55,535 bases of DNA, taken from an uncultured Syntrophaceae bacterium. Lineage in GTDB: Bacteria > Desulfobacterota > Desulfomonilia > Desulfomonilales > Desulfomonilaceae. A program made the translations under genes and the position numbers. The notes beneath the pieces were generated by a model. The model made no database searches, was not told the origin of the DNA, and saw only the letters and a list, made by a program, of their open reading frames with translations. Position 1 is the first letter of the stretch. Each line of letters starts with the position of its first letter. The DNA is taken from the NCBI GenBank assembly GCA_964497585.1, contig CAZCDS010000010.1, positions 1-55,535 on the forward strand, given 5' to 3'. Below are positions 10,176-17,686 of the stretch, in pieces.

Positions 10176-10318
10176 TCCACAGGAGCCTCCTGAAGTCGTC
10201 ATCAGAGCCAGGGTGGAAGAGGTGACGCCTCAAAAACCTGGGGCCGGATGAATTCCGGGCGCTAGTCCTCTCGTTGCCCGCCCCTAACCTTCCCATCCAT
10301 GAGCGGGATTCTCTTTCG

Positions 10319-10759
10319 CTACAGGGATAGTTCTTCCACGAGGACGACTTTCACGTCGGTTATCGTGGAGAGATTCTTGTCGTTAGTGAGCAACGCATCG
10401 CAATTACCTTGGAGCGCTGAAGCGACTTGAAAGGCGTCGGTGAGAGTCAGATTGTGGCTGGATCGAATGTCCGCAGCTATGCGCGCGGTGTCCCTTTGTA
10501 TGGGGACGAAAACGGAAGAAGGGTCGCCCCCCATAAGCTCAAGAAATGCCTCGATTACGTCAGCCCTTCCCTGTTTCATCGGCAACACGAGGCACTCAGC
10601 CAGCGTGATGGGAGATGTTACCGGTACGAGGTCGCCGGCCTCGAATCGACGGAAGACCGGTTCAAGAATCGAGCAATAGACAGGATGTCGCTCGACGAAA
10701 TAAATGACCGGCGCAGAATCCAGGAAGACGCGATGCATTCCGTTCAGAACTCCGCTCAT
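10319..10759 (-). CDS. PIN-domain toxin (VapC-like).
   Basis: 146 aa, with an N-terminal FLDSAPVIYF motif and C-terminal acidic residues typical of the VapC PIN fold. Immediately downstream of a small antitoxin-like gene. Confidence 0.7.
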   Translation of the reverse strand: MSGVLNGMHRVFLDSAPVIYFVERHPVYCSILEPVFRRFEAGDLVPVTSPITLAECLVLPMKQGRADVIEAFLELMGGDPSSVFVPIQRDTARIAADIRSSHNLTLTDAFQVASALQGNCDALLTNDKNLSTITDVKVVLVEELSL

Positions 10760-10765
10760 TACACA

Positions 10766-11017
10766 TCACCGATTGGTATCCGCAAGGCGCTTTTCATCCG
10801 ATTCTCGACGGGAGTGGGAGATGTAACCCTGAGCGTCTTCTCCGCAGGCAGGATATGACAACATGCCCATCACGTCCGACCACCTACGTGGCGGCTCAGA
10901 CCGGACAACGGTAGAAGCGCGAGCCTTTTCCGCCAGCGCGGCAATCAGGCCTAGCTGCTCTTCGGTAGTCAGCAAGTCAAGCTTTTCGATGATCTCTTCC
11001 AATATCTCGTTTTTCAT
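10766..11017 (-). CDS. Small antitoxin-like protein (addiction-module component family).
   Basis: 83 aa, MKNEILEEIIEKLDLLTTEEQLGLIAALAEKA, resembling DUF2281/TIGR02574-type antitoxins. 6-bp spacing to the vapC-like gene. Confidence 0.55.
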   Translation of the reverse strand: MKNEILEEIIEKLDLLTTEEQLGLIAALAEKARASTVVRSEPPRRWSDVMGMLSYPACGEDAQGYISHSRRESDEKRLADTNR

Positions 11018-11216
11018 GGTCAGGTCTCCTCAGTCGTGCAGTGAATGCCCGCGCACAGCCACACTCCGAGTTCTCTCTCTTCAGGGTATCGGTATCCAAC
11101 AGGAAGTCAAGCATTCGTTCTCAAAGTCGGACCGGCTTCGATCCTGTGTACTCACGGATTCCGCCAAAAGACTTCATCCTCCGCGGTTTCCAGCTTGATG
11201 GCGGAAGGATTGGACA

Positions 11217-11395
11217 TGTGAATCCGGGTATGAATCCGGGTACACTATACCTCATTCTGTGTCCATATTTGGGCCGACAATCGCGCGGTCCGAACGTTCC
11301 CCAATGATTGGCTCTCTTGGACAAGGCAGTCCCTTGACGCCGATTGACGGCGGACCGACCCACAAGGGCGGCCCGTCTTGCCTCCGGCGGTCTAG
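11217..11395 (+). repeat. Interspersed structured repeat, copy B (tandem 5' units, 3'-truncated).
   Basis: GTGAATCCGGGTA-TGAATCCGGGTACACTATACCT, then core TGTCCATATTTGGGCCGACAATCGCGCGGTCCGAACGTTCCCCAATGATTGG... and the GATTGACGGCGGACCGAC hairpin half. Ends after AAGGGCGGCCCGTCTTGCC. Confidence 0.85.
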
Positions 11396-11499
11396 CCTGT
11401 GACGGAAATCGCTCTTGGAGTCATCTCACCGGTACTCGACGCAATCGCGTTGCCCCCCAAAAGGATCTATGGTACGCTTCACAATATTGGTAAACGTGA

Positions 11500-11725
11500 G
11501 CGCGAAATAGCAGTTGCCAAAAGAAGTGGCAGATTTCTTGTGGAAAGATTGCGGAGGGCTCTTTTTTCGGCAAAAAACCACCCTCCGCACCTCCCACAAA
11601 AAACTCCATATTTTCGGCAAACTGCTCCGCTTTGCTTCGCGAGTTTGCAGGATGACGTAGGCGGTTTCTTGAAACATACGCCACCGGCAATAAGACAGAA
11701 TTTTTGACAATCAGTATAATTGCTC
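11500..11725 (+). promoter_or_regulatory. Duplicated ~230-bp leader/regulatory element, copy 1 (upstream of the lactonase-like gene).
   Basis: ~90% identical to 12781..13010. Contains a GCGGAGGGC...GCCCTCCGC hairpin and a TTGACA...TATAAT-like segment. Ends ~70 nt before ATG 11793. Confidence 0.6.
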
Positions 11726-11792
11726 GTTGTTCGCGCACGCTTCTGATTCCGCCGAGCCAGGTTCCGAATGCTCAGGTCGACGGAGACGCATC

Positions 11793-12746
11793 ATGAAAGC
11801 TGTCACTCCTGTTAGCTCACCGAGCGCCAAGGTGCGGGTCGTAGCGAGCGGTCTGGAGTTCCCCGAGGGCCCGATCGCGATGACTGACGGTTCCGTGCTC
11901 GTGACCGAGATTGCCGCTGGCAGACTCACCAGGGTCCTGCAGGACGGTAGGATCGAACACGTCGCCGAGATCGGCGGCGGCCCCAACGGTGCGGCAATCG
12001 GGCCCGATGGAACCGTCTATGTCTGCAACAATGGCGGCAGCTTCTCGTTCCAACGCAAGGACGATCTGCTCGTCTTCGGACTTGTGGCGCCACCCACCTA
12101 CACACAGGGAAGCATTGACCGGGTCGACCTCTCTACAGGCGAGGTTACCACCCTTTACAGCGCCTGTGGCAATCGTCCGCTGCGTGCCCCTAACGATATT
12201 GTCTTCGACAGCACGGGCGGTTTCTGGTTTACCGATCACGGAATACGCACCGAACGGTCGAGCGACTTCACCGGGGTTTTCTATGCCCAGCCCGACGGTT
12301 CAAGTATCACCGAGAAGATCTTTCCTCTGGCCAGCCCGAACGGCATCGCCCTGTCGCCTGACGGAAGTCGTCTCTATGTCGCTGAGACCCAGGTCGGGCG
12401 CATTTGGTATTGGGACCTTGATGGTCCCGGCGAGATTGCGAAGAACTCGGACAGTGAATTCCATGCGGGCAGGCTCCTCTACGGGGCACCGGGCTACGCG
12501 CTGTTCGATTCGATGGCGGTCGACGGCGAGGGCTGGGTATGTCAGGGGACATTGATGGAGGGTGCCATCACCCAGATCGCTCCGGACGGTCGGACGGTCG
12601 AGATCCTGACTCTGAGTGACCCCATGATCACCAATATCTGCTTCGGTGGTCCCGACTACCGCACGGCATTCATAACGTGTTCCGGCACCGGGCAATTGAT
12701 TGCGGTGGACTGGCCGCGACCTGGTTTGCGATTGGCCTTTCCTTGA
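11793..12746 (+). CDS. SMP-30/gluconolactonase/LRE-like beta-propeller hydrolase.
   Basis: ORF 11727..12746. Start placed at MKAVTPV (ATG 11793 after GGAG). Repeated GG..G..DG..Y...N beta-propeller motifs typical of the lactonase/SMP-30 family. Confidence 0.65.
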   Translation: MKAVTPVSSPSAKVRVVASGLEFPEGPIAMTDGSVLVTEIAAGRLTRVLQDGRIEHVAEIGGGPNGAAIGPDGTVYVCNNGGSFSFQRKDDLLVFGLVAPPTYTQGSIDRVDLSTGEVTTLYSACGNRPLRAPNDIVFDSTGGFWFTDHGIRTERSSDFTGVFYAQPDGSSITEKIFPLASPNGIALSPDGSRLYVAETQVGRIWYWDLDGPGEIAKNSDSEFHAGRLLYGAPGYALFDSMAVDGEGWVCQGTLMEGAITQIAPDGRTVEILTLSDPMITNICFGGPDYRTAFITCSGTGQLIAVDWPRPGLRLAFP

Positions 12747-12780
12747 TCGTCTTGATCGAGGGATCGCGTTCCGCTCAGGT

Positions 12781-13010
12781 AGAGCCTGCGCTTATAGCAG
12801 GTGCCAAAAGAAATGGCAGATTTCTTGTGGAAAGATTGCGGAGGGCTCTTTTTTCGGCAGAAAGACCGCCCTCCGCACCTCCCGCAAAAAACTCCATATT
12901 TTCGGCAAACTGCTCCGCTTTGCTTTGCCAGTTTGCAGGATGATGTGGGGCGATTCTTGAAACACACGCCACCACCAATAAGACAGAATTTTTGACAATC
13001 GGTATATGAA
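12781..13010 (+). promoter_or_regulatory. Duplicated ~230-bp leader/regulatory element, copy 2 (upstream of the ThDP enzyme gene).
   Basis: Same ordered motifs as copy 1 (GCCAAAAGAA.TGGCAGATTTCTTGTGGAAAGATTGCGGAGGGCTCTTTTTTCGGCA.AAA.ACC.CCCTCCGCACCTCCC.CAAAAAACTCCATATTTTCGGCAAACTGCTCCGCTTTGCTT...AATAAGACAGAATTTTTGACAATC). Confidence 0.6.
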
Positions 13011-13040
13011 GATGAGCTTGACGTTTTCCGAGGAGACAGC

Positions 13041-14750
13041 ATGGTGAAAACAACCGAGTACATGATCAAAGCGCTTCGGGATCAGGGCATCAGCCACGTT
13101 TTTATCGGTCTTGGCGGCCTGAATGATAACTTCATGCCGCCTTTGACCGAAACCGAGGGTCTGAGGACAGTCGTCACCGCGTTCGAGGGTGGCGCGGCCT
13201 ATATGGCGGACGGCTATTCACGAGCTTCAGGCGGTCTCGGCGTGTGTTTCGGAATCGGTGGCCCAGGCGTTCTCAACATGACTACCGCGCTCGCCGCCGC
13301 AAGCACCGACCGCAGTTCGGTCCTCGCCGTCAGCGGTGAAGTCGCGCGGAGCTGGGAAGGAATGGGCGGCTTTCAGGACGCTTCCCAGGCCGCGATCGAC
13401 GATATCGACATTCTCCGGCGCATAGCGGGATTGTCGCTGTCGATGTCGTCAGCCGCGGTTGTTCCACGTCATCTCAGGCACGCCATAACGTACGCGTTCA
13501 CAAGGCGGTCACCAGTTCACTTGTCAGTGCCTGTCGATGTGCAGAAGGCGGAGATCCACGAAGAATGGCAGCCGATCCCGACATCGCTGTTGTCCGCGAA
13601 ATTCATCGACGAAGAAGCGTTCGCCACTGCGGTCGGCCTGCTCAATAACTCGGAGACCAGAAACATTATCGTACTCGCTGGTCCCGGCGTAAAGGGATAC
13701 GGCGCGGACATGCTGCTCCAGTTCGCGGAGCGGTTTGATGTCCCGGTGGCGACCACACTTTCGGGCAAAGGGGTGATGCCCGAAGATCATCCATTGGCGC
13801 TCGGCGTGTTCGGTTACGGGGGATCGCGTCCGGCGATCGATGCAATCTGCTCCGATGAGGTGGAGGTTCTGCTCGTCATCGGCTCCGGTTTGTCACAACG
13901 CGACACGATGCAATGGGACCCGAGAATGCTTCCCTCCAAGGCGCTGATTCAGGTGGACGCCGACCCGCTGCTGATCGGCCGGACCTGGACCGCCGATGCA
14001 CCGATTGTCGCCGATCCGGCCGCGCTGCTCAAAGAATTGGCGGATCTCCAGGACGCCGCGGAACTCGAGGCCGGTCGCAACTATCGTCTGGACTTTCTGC
14101 GCAAAATCAACGCGCTCGGTCCTCGCTGTTACAGCAGCGAAGACACGGAGAGCAACGCCATACCCATGCATCCGGCGCGGGTCGTGACAGAGCTTCGCGC
14201 GGCTTTCCCTGATAAAGGTGTGCTCTGCGTCGATTCCGGTGCGCACCGAGCCTGGTTCGCCGAGTATTGGGAAGCGCGCCATCCGGGGACCCACTTCTCT
14301 CTGACGAACCTCGGCCCGATGGGCGGAGCAATTCCACTCGGCATCGGCGCAAAGATGGCCCGGCCCGAGCGCCCGCTCATGGTCGCGACGGGAGATGGAT
14401 GTATGCTGATGCACGGCATGGAACTGCACACCGCTGCGCGCGAGGAGGTTCCGCTCGTCATCGCGCTGATGAACAACCAGGCGTACGGCAACATTTACTT
14501 TCGCGCCGCACAGATGGGACCCGGCCCAGAGCATCTCACCGATATTCCCGGCATCGACTGGGTCGCTTTTGCCAAATCGATGGGGGGTGATGGAGAGCGG
14601 GTGGAACGTCCCGAAGGCATCGCGGCGGCCGTCAGCCGTGGGCTCGACGCCTCGGGCCCGTATCTCCTGGATCTTCAAATTGACAAGACCTATCCAACGC
14701 CTGTCGGTGTCTGGCGGGCACGTCAGAAGGAATGGGAGGATAATGACTAA
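13041..14750 (+). CDS. Thiamine-diphosphate-dependent enzyme (acetolactate synthase / benzoylformate decarboxylase superfamily).
   Basis: 569 aa. N-terminal Pyr domain (GISHVFIGLGGLNDNFMPP...GIGGPGVLN), central domain, and C-terminal PP domain with a GDG...N ThDP motif (ATGDGCMLMHGMELHTA...NNQAYGN). Confidence 0.8.
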   Translation: MVKTTEYMIKALRDQGISHVFIGLGGLNDNFMPPLTETEGLRTVVTAFEGGAAYMADGYSRASGGLGVCFGIGGPGVLNMTTALAAASTDRSSVLAVSGEVARSWEGMGGFQDASQAAIDDIDILRRIAGLSLSMSSAAVVPRHLRHAITYAFTRRSPVHLSVPVDVQKAEIHEEWQPIPTSLLSAKFIDEEAFATAVGLLNNSETRNIIVLAGPGVKGYGADMLLQFAERFDVPVATTLSGKGVMPEDHPLALGVFGYGGSRPAIDAICSDEVEVLLVIGSGLSQRDTMQWDPRMLPSKALIQVDADPLLIGRTWTADAPIVADPAALLKELADLQDAAELEAGRNYRLDFLRKINALGPRCYSSEDTESNAIPMHPARVVTELRAAFPDKGVLCVDSGAHRAWFAEYWEARHPGTHFSLTNLGPMGGAIPLGIGAKMARPERPLMVATGDGCMLMHGMELHTAAREEVPLVIALMNNQAYGNIYFRAAQMGPGPEHLTDIPGIDWVAFAKSMGGDGERVERPEGIAAAVSRGLDASGPYLLDLQIDKTYPTPVGVWRARQKEWEDND

Positions 14751-15310
14751 TGGCCGAAATACCCGATCCCACCAATACGCTCGCTGGCAAGGACCGCGAA
14801 TTGTTCGAGCACATGGCGTCCGCGCGCGCATACGCCGAGGGCCGCTCCCATCTGGGCGATGTCTATGTGCGCATGTTCAACAACCCGGGCGTGACCGCGA
14901 AAGTCGGCGCCCTGGGCGAGCATCTGAGATTCCATGGCTTGCTGCCCGATGACGTACGTGAACTGGTGATCCTGCGTTTCTCCGCCCGGCAGGGGTTTCC
15001 CTACGAGTGGTCCCACCATCAGCGTCCGGCAAAGTTGGCCGGAATCAGCCAAGAGGTGATTGACGCCCTGACCGCGGGGGAGGTGCCCAACACGCTGCCT
15101 GATGCCTCACAGGCGACCCTTGAGGCCGTCGACGCGATCGTCGCGAAGAAATCCATCCCGGCAGATGTACAGCGACGATTCGTGGACGTCCATGGCGTGT
15201 CCGGCCTCGTCGAGGTCGTGGCCATCTGCGGCCTGTACTCGATCATGGGATACATGACCACCGCGTTCGACATCCAGATCGAGGAAGGGCTGCCAAAGCC
15301 ACCGTTTTAG
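14750..15310 (+). CDS. Carboxymuconolactone decarboxylase (AhpD-like) family protein.
   Basis: 186 aa. Overlapping TAATG coupling with the ThDP enzyme gene. Helical AhpD-like core. Confidence 0.55.
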   Translation: MAEIPDPTNTLAGKDRELFEHMASARAYAEGRSHLGDVYVRMFNNPGVTAKVGALGEHLRFHGLLPDDVRELVILRFSARQGFPYEWSHHQRPAKLAGISQEVIDALTAGEVPNTLPDASQATLEAVDAIVAKKSIPADVQRRFVDVHGVSGLVEVVAICGLYSIMGYMTTAFDIQIEEGLPKPPF

Positions 15311-15370
15311 GTACGCATCGGTTGTTCCGTGCGAAATCCAAACGCATCAAGCACTTTGATGAACGGACAC

Positions 15371-15483
15371 AATCAAGGAAGAGAAGGGTAAGAGTTTGCC
15401 GTGGAGGGCTTTCAGCAAAAGTGCCCTCCCCAGCCTTCTATCCAAAGTCTCTATCGCTTCGCGCCGGTAGCCCCCCGCCTGCG
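15371..15483 (+). repeat. Direct repeat copy 2 (orphan 3' end of the Mo-subunit gene plus terminator hairpin).
   Basis: Matches 3881..3985, including the codons encoding ...IKE.KG* and the GGAGGGC/GCCCTCC hairpin. No gene body upstream. Confidence 0.8.
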
Positions 15484-15630
15484 GCGAAGGCTTGCGTCCG
15501 CGACGTCGGGGACAACATACGTACCGTGAATGCTGCTGTAATCCGCCTTCGCTAGGGCACCGCGTGCCGTCTTCTCCCTTAGCGACCTTCAACCCATCGT
15601 AAGGGCTGTCAAGGCCGAGAGATAGGTATA

Positions 15631-16241
15631 GTGAACCCCGAACTACTTGAATCCGTTTTCTGCGGCCTGTATCCTGGACCGAGAAGGTGCAGTCTCGGAC
15701 AGGAGAGGAGTGCAGTATTCGTGAGAAGAATCTGCGCATGGTGCGGAAAGGACATGGGCTCGGTGGGGCCTGAAGGCGACGATCCAAAGCCGATTACCCA
15801 CACAGTATATGCGACGACTGTGCACATCACCAGCTTGCCCAGATAGGCATGAACGTGCCGGCCCTCCTTGAGGGCCTTCATTGTCCGGTGATTGTAGTAG
15901 ACTCCACTGGAATAATCGTGACCGGGAACACGAAGGCACTTGAGATGGTTAAGAAGGAGCTGTCGCAGGTTGAGGGCTACCCGGGAGGAGAGGTGTTTGA
16001 ATGCGAGCACGCAAGGCTTCCCGGTGGATGCGGTAATACGGTGCACTGCTCCGGATGCACCATAAGAAAAGCAGTGATGGAAACGCACTCAACAGGAAAG
16101 AGCCTTTTGAGAACTCCGGCCACCTTGCTCCAACACTCATCCGGAGATGCCAAGGAAATACGGCTGCTGATCTCCACGGAGAAGGTCGAGGATGTTGTGC
16201 TGCTGAGGATTGATGAGGTCAATCCGTCCGGTTCAATCTGA
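15631..16241 (+). pseudogene. Zinc-ribbon (CxWCGK...THxxCDDC) + Cys-rich PAS-like sensor protein. Probably one gene split by a frameshift near nt 15802.
   Basis: ORF 15631..15846 (frame 1) encodes ...ICAWCGKDMG...PITH. Frame 0 from 15774 continues ...SICDDCAHHQLAQIG-MNVPALLEGLHCPVIVVDSTGIIVTGNTKALEMV... to 16241. The joined product has a CxxC...CxxC ribbon followed by a PAS-like fold with CEHARLPGGCGNTVHCSGC. Confidence 0.45.
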
Positions 16242-16574
16242 CCCGACACTACAGCGGTTACTCGGCGGCTAGACGCAGGACTCCCAGTGACAGGCGAAAC
16301 CAGCGGGGATCTTGGATAGTGGTTTCTCCGAGGGGAAACCCTTTGTCGGCTCCCCTTCGAAATTCCGGGGGAAGCTGGTCACACCATACTGGCGTTATGT
16401 CCTAAGTTGATGCAGACGACTATCTGCGCGAAACTTCTGTCATTTCACCGTTAGCATCCAGGTATGTCCTTGTTGGGGAGGAGGTCGGGGAAGACAAATC
16501 GATTGAAAGAGCCCGTCTCGAAGGTGGCGTGCAGGCAACATGAGGAATAAGGTAACATTCCTCTCAAGGAGTTA

Positions 16575-17135
16575 GTGATGGGGAATCGTGGCGGTGTACC
16601 TCCGTTGCTCGCTTGGACGCGGCGAGTCATGGATTTGGCCACCAAGCTGATGCAGCTCATTCTTAGCGACTTACGTAACACTGATCGCCCCATAACGGAC
16701 TACGTTTGGCATGCTTGGTTTGTTATGATTATTCCAAGTCTTCCAATCGTGCTCATAGTATTCGCACTATTTGGACCACGCCTTACCCAAGCAGAATTAG
16801 ATGCTAGGCTCCCGTATATGACTTCGACAATGCATGGGGTAATGTTGGTGGTAGGGGCATGGATTGAGACCCTTGTCATGTGGCCAGTTCTATTTCTGCT
16901 TAGGCGAATCCTTGGCAATACCATCTGGGTTCCTGTCGTCTCCGGGTTGATCTGGGCCGGTCTTCATTTCTCTGGGGGGCAAGAGTGGGGCGTGTCGAAG
17001 ATTTGGAGCTTCTTCATTCTTTCAGTATGCTTCTTGGAATGGGAGAAGAAGTCGAAGGGCTTGGCTATTTTGGTCACAGGGCTGGTCCACATGATCTCAA
17101 ACATGGTTGGTTTCCTGTTGATGGTTTGGCTGTGA
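16575..17135 (+). CDS. CPBP-family (CAAX/Abi-like) intramembrane metalloprotease.
   Basis: 186 aa polytopic membrane protein with conserved E...R, FxxxH-like (WAGLHF) and HxxxN (HMISN) motifs. Local GC noticeably lower than flanks. Confidence 0.55.
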   Translation: MMGNRGGVPPLLAWTRRVMDLATKLMQLILSDLRNTDRPITDYVWHAWFVMIIPSLPIVLIVFALFGPRLTQAELDARLPYMTSTMHGVMLVVGAWIETLVMWPVLFLLRRILGNTIWVPVVSGLIWAGLHFSGGQEWGVSKIWSFFILSVCFLEWEKKSKGLAILVTGLVHMISNMVGFLLMVWL

Positions 17136-17314
17136 CCTTTCCTTTCTGAAAGTACCCGGAGTGTGGGAAGCGATAACCAGGCGAGTCGTATCCGAAAGAA
17201 TTTTGTCGGTGCCGGCCTCGCTAACCCTGAGAGTAGGGCTTCCCTTTGGGATCGGATGATTGATTCGATGATTCGATTGGATGAATCCTTGCGAAGCCGT
17301 TTGGCTAAACTCTA

Positions 17315-17535
17315 GTGGGTGCCCAAGGGTAGCCATCATTCTGATTCTGTGTCCATATTCCCTCTCGACAATTATGCGGTCCGAGCATCCCCCAATGATT
17401 GCCTCTCTTGCACAAGTCGGTCCCATTCTGCCGACTAACCGAACACCGACGCAAGGGCGGCCCGTCTTGCACGGGCTGGCACTCATCGTATGAGCCGTCA
17501 GGCCCCAGAGACACCTATGGTGTCCCCCGAACTCG
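17315..17535 (+). repeat. Interspersed structured repeat, copy C.
   Basis: Core TGTCCATATTCCCTCTCGACAATTATGCGGTCCGAGCATCCCCCAATGATTGCC, degenerate hairpin, tail AAGGGCGGCCCGTCTTGCACGGGCTGGCACTCATCGTATGAGCCGTCAGG and the AGAGACACCTATGGTGTCCCCC motif. Confidence 0.85.
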
Positions 17536-17686
17536 GCCCGAACTTCTGTCCCTCGAACTTTGCCTGCCGCGTATCGGGTCGACAGCACAGTCGGGATAAT
17601 GCCTGCTTTCAGCATGAGTCAACGTCTCTAGGGGCGTTACCCCGACGACCTTGACACGGCCCTTCGGGCACCCGAAGGGTGTGCGG

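Noticed and set aside
9831-10251. Small ORFs inside the repeat copies (e.g. 10021..10251, 17399..17599, 23517..23714 'MPLLHKSVPCRRLTADR...', 17281..17493, 23402..23611).
   Set aside because: Similar peptides arise only because the DNA is repeated. Conservation is at nucleotide level across all three frames, and there are no RBS or consistent start or stop positions.
11530-11560. σ54-like -24/-12 motif TGGCAGATTTCTTGT in the duplicated leaders.
   Set aside because: The -12 element is TTGT rather than TTGC and spacing or context is weak. Kept only as part of the conserved leader, not called as a promoter.
17315-17535. Interpreting the repeat family as integron attC sites separating cassettes.
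   Set aside because: Elements are 200-260 bp, far longer than attC. They lack the R''/L''-L'/R' GTTRRRY core organisation. Flanking genes are on both strands, and no intI is present.
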